From: Pyrodictium occultum
GTDB taxonomy: Archaea > Thermoproteota > Thermoprotei_A > Sulfolobales > Pyrodictiaceae
NCBI RefSeq assembly: GCF_001462395.1
Contig: NZ_LNTB01000001.1
Span: 286,400-318,399, forward strand
Direction of reading: 5' to 3'
Length of the DNA stretch: 32,000 nt
How positions within the stretch are numbered: position 1 is the first letter of the stretch; every line of letters begins with the position of its first letter. The position numbers and the translations under genes were made by a program. Below are positions 23,592 to 31,598 of the stretch, piece after piece. A model generated the notes under the pieces. That model was not told the DNA's origin. It did not search any database and saw only the letters and a list, made by a program, of their open reading frames with translations.

Positions 23592-24407
23592 CTAGAGCCT
23601 CACCTCCACGCCCTTCTCGGCCAGGTACCTCTTAACCTCCCCTATGCTGAGCACCCCGTAGTGGAAGACGCCGGCCGCCAGCGCCGCGTCGGCCCCGGCC
23701 AGGGTGAACGCCTCGAGGAAGTGCCTCGGCTCCCCGGCGCCCCCGCTGGCTATCACCGGCACGTCCACCGCCTCCACCACCGCCCTGGTGAGCTCTATGT
23801 CGTAGCCCATCCTGGTCCCGTCCCTGTCTATGCTGGTGAGGAGTATCTCCCCCGCCCCCAGCTCGGCGGCCCTCCGGGCCCACTCGACGGCGTCGAGCCC
23901 GGTCGCGGCCCTCCCCCCGGAGACGTAGACCTCCCAGCCGCTCCTCGTCCTCCCCGTGCGCCTCGCGTCGATAGCGACCACCACCGCCTGGCTGCCGTAC
24001 TCCCTGGCGGCCTCAGCCACCAGCCCCGGGTTCCTCACCGCGGCCGTGTTTACCGAGACCTTGTCTGCGCCGCTGCCGAGGAGACGGTCGAAGTCCCTGA
24101 GGCCGCGGACGCCACCGCCCACGGTGAAGGGTATCGAGACCACCGAGGCCACGTCGCGGACGAGGCTGTAGAGGGGCTCCCTCTGCTCAGGCGTGGCGCT
24201 GATATCCAGGAAGACCAGCTCGTCCGCCCCCTCCTCCTCGTAGCGGGCCGCTAGTTCCACGGGGTCCCCGGCGTCGCGGAGCCCCCGGAACCTGACCCCC
24301 TTGACCACCCTTCCCCCCGCGACGTCGAGGCAGGGGATTATCCTGCGGGCGGGCTGCCTGGAGCGGGTGGCGAGGAGAGCGTCTACCCATGCAATAGCCG
24401 CGGCCAC
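23592..24407 (-). CDS. hisF: Imidazole glycerol phosphate synthase cyclase subunit HisF
   Basis: [64 protein letters not shown] and IASGGAG. The start is uncertain. GTG 24407 is the first in-frame start downstream of the expected transcription start from the TTATAG box at 24476..24471. It leaves an unusual ~20-aa N-terminal extension. The track start is 24458. Confidence 0.88.
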   Translation of the reverse strand: MAAAIAWVDALLATRSRQPARRIIPCLDVAGGRVVKGVRFRGLRDAGDPVELAARYEEEGADELVFLDISATPEQREPLYSLVRDVASVVSIPFTVGGGVRGLRDFDRLLGSGADKVSVNTAAVRNPGLVAEAAREYGSQAVVVAIDARRTGRTRSGWEVYVSGGRAATGLDAVEWARRAAELGAGEILLTSIDRDGTRMGYDIELTRAVVEAVDVPVIASGGAGEPRHFLEAFTLAGADAALAAGVFHYGVLSIGEVKRYLAEKGVEVRL

Positions 24408-24470
24408 CCCCGTGGAGCGGTGCCTGCCGGAGACGAGTCCACGGGCCCAGGGGCCCACCGGAAGCCCCTG

Positions 24471-24476
24471 CTATAA
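24471..24476 (-). promoter_or_regulatory. TATA-like box TTATAG overlapping the stop codon of the upstream methyltransferase-like gene; possible internal promoter for hisF-D-E-H-I
   Basis: The minus strand reads GGGGTTATAGCAGG. It lies about 65 nt upstream of GTG 24407. Confidence 0.25.
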
Positions 24477-24995
24477 CCCCTTCCCCCGGCCCCTCCTCGG
24501 CGGCCTCGGGCCGAGGGCCTTGGCGAGGCACCGGGGCTGGGGGTTGAAGGCGGGGACCCTCCTCCGGTACTCGAGGTACGCCTCGCCGAACCTCTCCAGG
24601 CTCTCCCTCTCGTCCAGCACCACGGCCAGGGCGAGGACAAGTACAGCCTCAGCCACCGCCAGGGCCACGGCGCCGGGCTCGGCGAGCAGGAGGGCTACGC
24701 CCAGCGGGAGCCAGGCCAGGAAGAAGTGCATGGGGTGCCTCATGCAGGAGTAGGGCCCCACGGTGACCAGCCGGTCCAGCTCGCCGAAGCCCCTCCCGGG
24801 GCTGCTCTTCCCGTAGACGGCCAGGTAGCGGCCGGTGACGGCCGCGGCGCGGAGCACCACGAGGAGCAGCAGGGCCCCGGCGGCGCGGCAGGCCAGGGGG
24901 CAGCAGCATCCAGCCCTCAGGGCGCGGCCGGCGAGGGGCAGGGCGGCTATCATCGCCAGCCAGGCGAGGCCCCGCACGGCGTTGCTGATCCTCAA
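24471..24995 (-). CDS. Isoprenylcysteine carboxyl methyltransferase (ICMT)/phospholipid methyltransferase-family membrane protein
   Basis: TTG start, 174 aa, hydrophobic. LVTVGPYSCMRHPMHFFLAWLPLG matches the L.T.G.Y...RHP.Y motif of the ICMT/PEMT family. Confidence 0.7.
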   Translation of the reverse strand: MRISNAVRGLAWLAMIAALPLAGRALRAGCCCPLACRAAGALLLLVVLRAAAVTGRYLAVYGKSSPGRGFGELDRLVTVGPYSCMRHPMHFFLAWLPLGVALLLAEPGAVALAVAEAVLVLALAVVLDERESLERFGEAYLEYRRRVPAFNPQPRCLAKALGPRPPRRGRGKGL

Positions 24996-25108
24996 GGCTC
25001 CCCGCTCCAGCCAGCGTCTTCCTCCTGTGGCCGCGTTGGAGCTAAGGCTGTGATACCGCAGCCCCCTGGACGGGCTACCCGGTGCCCCGCGGCCTCCGGT
25101 ATAAGAGG

Positions 25109-25759
25109 ATGGCTGGCCTCCTCCACCGCCTGGCCGAGAGGCTGGGGCTGGGGCCGGGGGAGGCTCAGCCGGTCGTGGAGCGGCTCTCGGGCCTCTACGC
25201 CCACGGGGTCCTCGGCGCCAGCCACGTTGTGCTCGAGGCGCTCACCGCCTTCTGGCTCCACCGGGACGGCTACACTGTGTCGGTCGAGGAGCCCGTGGAG
25301 GGGCTTGTGGCCGACGTGGTTGCCCGCGGCGGCGGGGAGACGCTGGTGGTCGAGGTCGAGACCGGCTACACCCCGCCCCGGTGGAGCCATGCCCCGCTGG
25401 CCTACCACGCCGCGAGGCTCGCGGCCAAGGCGGCCAGGTACAGCAGGCTGGGGGACAGGTTTGCCCTCGCGATCCCCCTCGGCTACGCCGCGCCCATCCA
25501 CCCGGCCCTCCTGGAGCCCCCGTGGAGGAGGAGCGTGGACGAGGTAGCGTGGCTGAAGAGGCTGGTCGACATGTTCTACACCAGGCCCCCGCTGGACGCC
25601 GGCATGCTGCGGGAGGCCCGGCTCGACGCGGTGCTGCTCCTCGACCCGGACAACGCCGCTGCCTACCCGCTCCCGCCCCGCAGGCTCCAGGGGCTCCAGC
25701 ACCTAGTGGTCCAGGCCGCCCTCGCCGCCCTCTCGGCGCCCGGGGACTGGGAGGGCTAA
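25109..25759 (+). CDS. Hypothetical protein with PD-(D/E)XK (restriction-endonuclease-like) core pattern
   Basis: HVVLEALTAFWLHRDGYTVSVEEPVEGLVADVVARGGGETLVVEVETG follows the E...(G)xD-x(n)-ExK layout seen in NucS/Hjc-like nucleases, but with Thr where the Lys is expected. The ORF track starts at GTG 25082. ATG 25109 is an alternative I slightly prefer. Confidence 0.45.
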   Translation: MAGLLHRLAERLGLGPGEAQPVVERLSGLYAHGVLGASHVVLEALTAFWLHRDGYTVSVEEPVEGLVADVVARGGGETLVVEVETGYTPPRWSHAPLAYHAARLAAKAARYSRLGDRFALAIPLGYAAPIHPALLEPPWRRSVDEVAWLKRLVDMFYTRPPLDAGMLREARLDAVLLLDPDNAAAYPLPPRRLQGLQHLVVQAALAALSAPGDWEG

Positions 25760-25912
25760 GGGCCGGCGGCTCGGCGAGGCCGGGGCACGCTCCTCGGGTC
25801 CACGCCCGCCGCCTCGCCCGGCCCAATCCCCCTAGGCCACGGCGCTGAGCATGGCCAGGTAGCTCCCCGGCTCCTGCAGCCCCCGCCGGAGCAGCGCCAC
25901 ACGCCTCCGGCG

Positions 25913-26542
25913 CTACTCCTCCCCCGCCCCTCCCCTGGCCCCCGCACCCGGGGGCAGGATCACGCCCTTGGTGGAGACCACCGCGGCGCTGGGCGCCAGG
26001 GCCTGGCGGAGCGCCATGCCCAGGGCCTTGAACGCGGCCTCGGCCAGGTGGTGGTTGTTCCCGCCCTGGAGGGCCCTCACGTGCACCGTCATCGCCGAGG
26101 CGGAGGCGAGGCTCCACACGAAGTGCGGGATGTTCTCCGTGGCGAGGCCGCCCACCTCCTCCCTGGTGAAGGGGAGATCGACCCAGGCCCCGGGCCTCCC
26201 CGAGTAGTCGACGGCCGCGAGGACGAGCACCTCGTCCATGGGGACTATGGCGTGGCCGAAGCGGGCGACGCGGTAGCCGCCGGAGGCCACCGCCCTGGCC
26301 ACAGCCTCGCCCAGGGCCAGGGCGAGGTCCTCCGCCACGTGGTGGTCGTCGACCCTCTTAGCCTCCTCGACCCGGGCCTCCAGGCCCCAGCCGGCGTAGT
26401 AGGCGAGGGTCTCAACCATGTGGTCGAGGAAGGGCACGCCGGTGGACACGCTCACCCCCCGCAGCTCGCGGGCGTCGAGGTCGAGGTCCACCAGGACCCT
26501 CGTCTCCCCCGTGACGCGCTCGACTCGGGCACGCCTGGCCAA
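25913..26542 (-). CDS. hisB: Imidazoleglycerol-phosphate dehydratase HisB
   Basis: RVTGETRVLVDLDLD, TGVPFLDHM, DDHHVAEDLALALG and GGNNHHLAEAAFKALG. TTG start preceded by GGAGG/GAGGGAG. Confidence 0.92.
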   Translation of the reverse strand: MARRARVERVTGETRVLVDLDLDARELRGVSVSTGVPFLDHMVETLAYYAGWGLEARVEEAKRVDDHHVAEDLALALGEAVARAVASGGYRVARFGHAIVPMDEVLVLAAVDYSGRPGAWVDLPFTREEVGGLATENIPHFVWSLASASAMTVHVRALQGGNNHHLAEAAFKALGMALRQALAPSAAVVSTKGVILPPGAGARGGAGEE

Positions 26543-26625
26543 GACTCCCTCAGCCTCCGCACGGGTGCCTCCGGGTGGACGCGTCCCCGAGGGTTAAGGA
26601 TGCAGCCCCGGAGCGGCCGGTGCTG

Positions 26626-27372
26626 CTAGAGGAGGCCCAGGGGGTTGAGGGCGCCGGTGTAGAGGGCCATCCCAGCCACGGCCTCGTCGTAGCCCAGGGG
26701 GGCGAGCAGCTCGAGGTCCCTGGGCCCCGCCACGCCGCCGCTGTAGGCGAGCCTCTCCACGCCACGCTCCCTGGCGAGCCTGGCGAGCCTCGCGGCGCGG
26801 TGGAGGTCGACACCCCTCCCCTCGCCCTCGTGGAAGACCTGGGTGTAGAGTATGCCCCAGAGCCCCGGGGTGGAGGCCGCCCTCTCCACGGCCTCCCGCA
26901 GGGTGAGGGGCTCCCGGAGCCTCCAGCCCTGGGAGGCAGGGGTGGCGTCCCAGTGTTCCTCCACCGCCGCTACCAACACCCCGCTGTCGAGCGCCTCGAC
27001 CGCCTCCTCCAGGAAGCCGGGGTCGCGGAGCCAGGCGCTGGCCACCACCAGCCGGTCCGCGCCGGCGGCGTAGGCCTCGCGGAGCGCCTCGATGCTCCTC
27101 AGCCCCCCGCCCAGCTGCACCCTGGCCCCGGTCTCCCTCTTCACCCTCGAGACCAGCTCGAGGACGCAGCGGCTGGGCCTCCCCCTCTCGGCGCCGTCCA
27201 GGTCCACTATGTGGATCGCCTCGGCGCCGAGGCTGTGCCAGTGGAGGGCGAGGCGGAGGGGGTCGCCGAGCCGGAGCCCGGTGCCCGGCAGGCCCCTCAC
27301 CCTCTTCACCGCCTCGCAGCCGGAGACGTCTATGCTGGGCACCAGCCTGGGCCTCGAGGCCAGCCTCGGCAT
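26626..27372 (-). CDS. hisA: ProFAR isomerase HisA
   Basis: LVPSIDVSGCEAVKRVRG, GDPLRLALHWHSLGAEAIHIVDLDGA, VQLGGGLRS, GADRLVVAS and YSGGV. The ATG lies 2 nt after the hisG stop. Confidence 0.88.
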   Translation of the reverse strand: MPRLASRPRLVPSIDVSGCEAVKRVRGLPGTGLRLGDPLRLALHWHSLGAEAIHIVDLDGAERGRPSRCVLELVSRVKRETGARVQLGGGLRSIEALREAYAAGADRLVVASAWLRDPGFLEEAVEALDSGVLVAAVEEHWDATPASQGWRLREPLTLREAVERAASTPGLWGILYTQVFHEGEGRGVDLHRAARLARLARERGVERLAYSGGVAGPRDLELLAPLGYDEAVAGMALYTGALNPLGLL

Positions 27373-27374
27373 GG

Positions 27375-28244
27375 CTAGGGTATCACCCTGTCCACGCTCA
27401 GAACAAGTATGTCGCGGGCGCCCCTCCTCCGGGCCTCCACGAGCACCCTGGCGAGCCGGTCCTCGGGCACCACGGTGACCACCTCCATCATGGGCCTCGG
27501 GCCCTCCACCCTGGCCAGCGTGGGCCCCGACATGGAGGGGAGCGCCTCCAGCACCCTCTCCAGCGCCTCCACCGGCACGTTCATCAGCACCAGCTTGTAC
27601 CCCCGGGCCCTCACCACGCTCCGCAGCGCCTCCACCACTGCCTCCACGACCGGGTCGCCCGGGTCCACGTGGTGGCCCCGGATGAGCTTAGCCTCGGTCT
27701 TCATAACCTCGGCTATCACCCTGAGCCTGTGGAGCCTGAGGGTCGTGCCCGTGGAGGAGACGTCGAGGATCGCGTCGGCCACCCCGAGCCTCGGCATGGC
27801 CTCCGCGGAGCCGGTTATCCTAACGATCCTCGCCCGGACCCCCGACTCCTCGAAGAACCTCCTCGCTATGTTGACAAACTTGGTGGCCACCCTCACCCCG
27901 TCCGGCAGGTCCTCCACCCTCTCAACCGGGGCCTCGTCCGGCACCGCCACTACCAGCCGGGCCCTCCCTATGCCGAGGCCCTCGACGACCTCGAGCCCCT
28001 CGCCGCCGTGCTCGGCTATATAGTCGAGCCCCGTCACCCCCAGCTCGGCGCCCCCCGCGGAGACCACCGCGGGTATGTCCTCGGGCCTCACGTAGACCAG
28101 AGTCACGTCCTCCCAGTTGGTGGGCACTATCAGCGCCCTGGCGGAGTCGGGGCTGTACTGGGGCTCGATCCCCGCGGCCTCGAGGAGCCGGAGCACGGGC
28201 TCCCTCAGCCTGCCCTTGCTAGGCACCGCTATCCTCAGGGTCAA
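27375..28244 (-). CDS. hisG: ATP phosphoribosyltransferase HisG (long form with C-terminal regulatory domain)
   Basis: LRIAVPSKGRL, RPEDIPAVVSAGGAELGVTGLDYIAE, GSAEAMPRLGVADAILDVSSTGTTLRLHRL, plus a ~75-aa C-terminal domain. I place the start at TTG 28244, which is preceded by GGGGGTG at a 7-nt spacing. The 42 extra codons in the track ORF look non-coding. Confidence 0.9.
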   Translation of the reverse strand: MTLRIAVPSKGRLREPVLRLLEAAGIEPQYSPDSARALIVPTNWEDVTLVYVRPEDIPAVVSAGGAELGVTGLDYIAEHGGEGLEVVEGLGIGRARLVVAVPDEAPVERVEDLPDGVRVATKFVNIARRFFEESGVRARIVRITGSAEAMPRLGVADAILDVSSTGTTLRLHRLRVIAEVMKTEAKLIRGHHVDPGDPVVEAVVEALRSVVRARGYKLVLMNVPVEALERVLEALPSMSGPTLARVEGPRPMMEVVTVVPEDRLARVLVEARRRGARDILVLSVDRVIP

Positions 28245-28395
28245 GCCGCTGCACCCCCTGGAGCGGCCGCTGGAGAGCCGCCGGCAGGCCAGCCACAGGG
28301 AGGAGTCCCGGGCTAGCGGTGAACCCGGCTCATCTCCGCCCAGCCTCCGCGTAGCCCACGCCCAGCCCACAGGATTTAAGGCTGAGCCCCCGGGG

Positions 28396-29139
28396 CTAGA
28401 GCCCCGGCATCCTCCTGCTCATCCCCGGCTTGGTGAGGTGTATCAGCGCCTCAACCTCCTCGACGCCGCTCGTCTCCCTCCACTCCTCCCCCACCACCGC
28501 CACAGCGGCCACCGCCTCCAGCCGGGCCCGGGCCCGCTCCACCAGGAGCCGGAGCGCCCTGAGGGTGCGGCCGGTCTCCACGATGTCGTCCACCACAAGC
28601 ACCCGGTCGCTCCTCCCCAGCGTGCCCCTGGGTATGCAGAAGCTCGGCTCCCCCGGGCTGCAGTCGTAGCCCTCCAGCCCGGGGCGGCGGCGCCTGGCGA
28701 CCGTGAACGGGGTCTCAAGCGCGAGGCTGAGGCTGGTCGCCAGCGGTATCCCCGAGGCCTCCGGCACGAGGATCCTCGTAACCCCCCGGCCCTGGAGCCT
28801 CCTCGTGTAGTAGAGGGTCGCCAGCAGCAGGTAGAGGGGGTCCGTCAGCACTATGCTGGTGTCGAGCACCCCGCCGGTCTCAGCCATCCTCTCGGCCAGC
28901 GCCCTGCGGGGGTCGGCGAGCCTCCAGAGGCCCTCCAGGATAGCCCCCGCCTTCTCCGGGCCCGGGAGGCTCCTCCCGGTGACGTAGCGGGAGAGGAGGG
29001 GCGCCGGCACCCCCGTCGCCTTGGAGAGCTCCCTGTAGCTGTACCTCCTCTTCGCCAGCCGGAGCGCGGCCGCCACCACCGTGGATAGCTGGGCGCGCTC
29101 CAGCCTCCCGCCCCGCTTCCCAGGCATCCCGGTCTCCAC
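28396..29139 (-). CDS. HTH domain fused to type-I phosphoribosyltransferase domain (PyrE-like/GfcR-like putative regulator)
   Basis: The N-terminus YRELSKATGVPAPLLSRYVTG is an HTH. The C-terminus has ILVPEASGIPLATSLSLAL and the PRPP-binding loop RVLVVDDIVETGRTLRAL. The start is GTG 29139 or ATG 29127. Confidence 0.8.
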   Translation of the reverse strand: METGMPGKRGGRLERAQLSTVVAAALRLAKRRYSYRELSKATGVPAPLLSRYVTGRSLPGPEKAGAILEGLWRLADPRRALAERMAETGGVLDTSIVLTDPLYLLLATLYYTRRLQGRGVTRILVPEASGIPLATSLSLALETPFTVARRRRPGLEGYDCSPGEPSFCIPRGTLGRSDRVLVVDDIVETGRTLRALRLLVERARARLEAVAAVAVVGEEWRETSGVEEVEALIHLTKPGMSRRMPGL

Positions 29140-29154
29140 GCCCCCCGGGGTCTC

Positions 29155-29211
29155 GTTAACACGGCTGTTTTAACAAGGAGCGCTCCACGCGTTATAGAAC
29201 CCGCTTAATAA
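29155..29211. promoter_or_regulatory. Divergent promoter region with four AT-rich boxes (GTTAAC, TTTTAAC, TTATAG, CTTAATAA)
   Basis: These are the only AT-rich elements between the HTH-PRTase gene (minus) and the BMP-family gene (plus, ATG 29251). TTAAAA on the minus strand lies about 30 nt before 29139. CTTAATAA lies about 40 nt before 29251. TTAACA occurs twice, 15 nt apart. Confidence 0.35.
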
Positions 29212-29250
29212 CCGCCCCGGGGCCCCGGCCCGCCATGGGTGCAGGCCTGG

Positions 29251-30621
29251 ATGACGGACAGGCGCGAGTTCCTTAAGGCCCTCGGCGCCGGCGTAGCCGG
29301 TCTCATAATAGGCGCCGGGCTCGGCTACGGGCTCCGGGGCGGCGGGGGCGGCCAGGCCGGGACGCTGACCGAGACCAGGACGGTGACCGTCACCAGGACG
29401 GCGGCCGCCGGGGCCCAGGCCGGCGGGGCCGGGGGGAGGCTCAGGGCGCTCTGGGTCTACGTGGGCCCCATAGGCGACTACGGCTGGACCCACGCGCACG
29501 ACGTCGGGAGGAGGAACGCTGAGAGGATTCTCCACGGCCTCGTGGAGACCAAGTACCTGGAGAAGGTGGCCGAGGACCAGGCCTACCAGGCTATAAAGCA
29601 GGCGCTCGAGCAGGAGCGCTTCGACGCCGTCTTCGCCACCAGCTACGGCTTCATGGACGCTGTGAAGAGGCTGGCCAGGGAGTACCCAGATGTGACGTTC
29701 TACCACTGCAGCGGGCCCTGGGAGGAGTTCGCGGACCTGCCCAACGTGGTGACCTACTTCGCCGAGTTCTACCAGCTCTACTACCTCAACGGGATAGCCG
29801 CCGGCGCCGTGACCAAGACCTGCAGGGTAGGCTACGTGCCCGCCTTCCTGACCCCAGAGGTGGTGCGCCACATAAACGCCTACGCCATGGGCTCCGTCCA
29901 CGGCGCCAAGCTTATGGGCAAGTGCGGGAACGGGGAGAAGCTGGAGATCTATGTCTCCCCGCCCCTGCACGCCTGGTTCAACCCCGACAAGGCCCGCCAG
30001 TATGCCGAGACCCTGATCAACCAGTACAAGGTAGACGCTATAGCCTACACCGAGGACTCGACGGCGGTGCTAGAGACGGCTGCAGAGTACGGGGTCTACA
30101 GCTTCAGCCACTACAGCAACATGCTCGAGTACTTCACCAAGGGGAAGGGCTCTTCGAGCCCTATAGCGAAGAGGATAGCCAAGTACCACCTCACCGGCCA
30201 GGTGGCCGACTGGACCCCGATCTACGTCTACCTCCTGGCCAAGAATATAACCGGGACGGCCAGGAAGGAGGACATCTGGGCCAGGATAGGCGACTTCGTC
30301 CCGATAAGGTGGAGGAGGCCGGTCAGCGAGTCCACGGCCGGCCGGCATGAGGGCGCTGTCTACCTGGCGCCCCTCAATACCCAGGCGATACCCGCCAAGG
30401 CCCTGGAGGAGATAAAGAGGCTCTACGAAGACATGAAGGAGCTGCTCTTCGAGCCCTACACGGGCCCGATAAGGGGCTACACCATAGACCCCGCGAGCGG
30501 CAAGAAGACCGGCGACGTGGAGGTCAAGGTGCCGCCGGGGACCCGCTGGGGCCGCAACGAGCTCTGGAGCCCCAAGACGATGAACTGGTTCTACGAGAAG
30601 ATAGTCACTCTGGCCGGCTAG
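29251..30621 (+). CDS. BMP-family (PnrA-like, nucleoside-type) ABC transporter substrate-binding protein with Tat signal
   Basis: MTDRREFLKALGAGVAGLIIGAG is a twin-arginine signal, followed by the linker TLTETRTVTVTRT. WVYVGPIGDYGWTHAHDVG and the rest fit the Bmp family. No permease or ATPase gene lies adjacent. Confidence 0.85.
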   Translation: MTDRREFLKALGAGVAGLIIGAGLGYGLRGGGGGQAGTLTETRTVTVTRTAAAGAQAGGAGGRLRALWVYVGPIGDYGWTHAHDVGRRNAERILHGLVETKYLEKVAEDQAYQAIKQALEQERFDAVFATSYGFMDAVKRLAREYPDVTFYHCSGPWEEFADLPNVVTYFAEFYQLYYLNGIAAGAVTKTCRVGYVPAFLTPEVVRHINAYAMGSVHGAKLMGKCGNGEKLEIYVSPPLHAWFNPDKARQYAETLINQYKVDAIAYTEDSTAVLETAAEYGVYSFSHYSNMLEYFTKGKGSSSPIAKRIAKYHLTGQVADWTPIYVYLLAKNITGTARKEDIWARIGDFVPIRWRRPVSESTAGRHEGAVYLAPLNTQAIPAKALEEIKRLYEDMKELLFEPYTGPIRGYTIDPASGKKTGDVEVKVPPGTRWGRNELWSPKTMNWFYEKIVTLAG

Positions 30622-30624
30622 CCC

Positions 30625-30652
30625 GGGGAGGGGCCTCTTTTTCACCCTCCCC
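30625..30652 (+). terminator. Stem-loop with T5 in the loop directly after the BMP-family gene
   Basis: GGGGAGGG (30625-30632) pairs with CCCTCCCC (30645-30652). The loop GCCTCTTTTTCA contains an oligo-T tract, the usual archaeal termination signal. Confidence 0.4.
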
Positions 30653-30687
30653 CAGCGCCCTCTAACACCCCCGGTGTAGGCCTCGCC

Positions 30688-31566
30688 TTGAAGGGGGACG
30701 CGGCTGGCAGCATCATATCGCTGCTCTTCTGGCTGCTCCTGCTGATAGCGCTGATGGAGCCCGCGCTCAGCGTGCGCAGGCTCCAGGCGGCCAGGCTCTC
30801 GCTGATAAAGAATATGGAGAGGAAGTACGGCTGGCGCGTGGTGACGATGATACACAGGGAGGAGAGGGTCACGTTCTTCGGCATCCCCCTGCAGAGGTTC
30901 ATAGACATAGACGACTCGGAGGCGGTGCTCCGCGCCATAAGGACGACCCCGCCCGACAAGCCGATAGCGCTGATACTCCACACCCCCGGCGGCCTGGTGC
31001 TGGCGGCAAGCCAGATAGCGATGGCCCTGAAGAGGCACCCGGGGCGGAAGATAGTGATAATCCCCCACTACGCTATGAGCGGCGGCACCCTGATAGCGCT
31101 GGCCGCCGACGAGATACTGATGGACCCGAACGCGGTGCTGGGGCCCCTCGACCCCCAGCTCTCCCTGGGCCCCCAGGGGCCCGTGGTGCCGGCCCCCAGC
31201 GTGCTCCGGGCCGCGGAGGTTAAGGGCGACAAGGCCAGCGACACAACGCTCATAATAGCTGATATAGCGAGGAAGGCTATAGCGGAGATGCAGGAGACAA
31301 TAGTAGAGCTGCTCCGCGACAAGATGGGCGAGGAGAGGGCCAGGGAGATCGCCAAGACGCTGACGGAGGGCAGGTGGACCCACGACTATCCGATAACCCC
31401 GGAGAAGGCCAGGGAGCTGGGCCTCCCGGTGAAGACCGAGGTGCCCCCGGAGGTCTACGAGCTGATGGAGCTCTATCCCCAGGCGCCGGGCAACAGGCCA
31501 GGCGTCGAGTTCATCCCGCAGCCGCTGCCCCACCAGCCGCCGCACCGGGGCCACAGCGGCAAGTAG
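30688..31566 (+). CDS. SDH-family Clp-fold serine proteinase (membrane-anchored)
   Basis: TTG start and an N-terminal hydrophobic segment. VVTMIHREE...FFGIP, IDIDDSEAVLRAIR, IALILHTPGGLVLAASQIA and IPHYAMSGGTLIALAADEILM match the serine dehydrogenase proteinase / ClpP-fold family. Confidence 0.8.
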   Translation: MKGDAAGSIISLLFWLLLLIALMEPALSVRRLQAARLSLIKNMERKYGWRVVTMIHREERVTFFGIPLQRFIDIDDSEAVLRAIRTTPPDKPIALILHTPGGLVLAASQIAMALKRHPGRKIVIIPHYAMSGGTLIALAADEILMDPNAVLGPLDPQLSLGPQGPVVPAPSVLRAAEVKGDKASDTTLIIADIARKAIAEMQETIVELLRDKMGEERAREIAKTLTEGRWTHDYPITPEKARELGLPVKTEVPPEVYELMELYPQAPGNRPGVEFIPQPLPHQPPHRGHSGK

Positions 31567-31598
31567 GCGGCCCCTCCAGCCCCGCGGGGATAAGGGGG

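Noticed and set aside
28313-28333. Mini-ORF MSRVHR-stop in the hisG leader, considered as an attenuator-type leader peptide.
   Set aside because: It has a single His codon, no His run and no alternative-hairpin arrangement. Attenuation of this type is not established in archaea.
28245-28370. N-terminal 42-codon extension of hisG in the ORF track, and the similar extensions of hisE (22327-22500), hisF (24408-24458) and the DUF1611 gene (2575-2637).
   Set aside because: The extensions are Arg/Gly/Trp-rich, overlap upstream genes or TATA boxes, and are absent from the conserved N-termini of these families. Internal GTG/TTG/ATG starts with SD-like or coupling contexts fit better.
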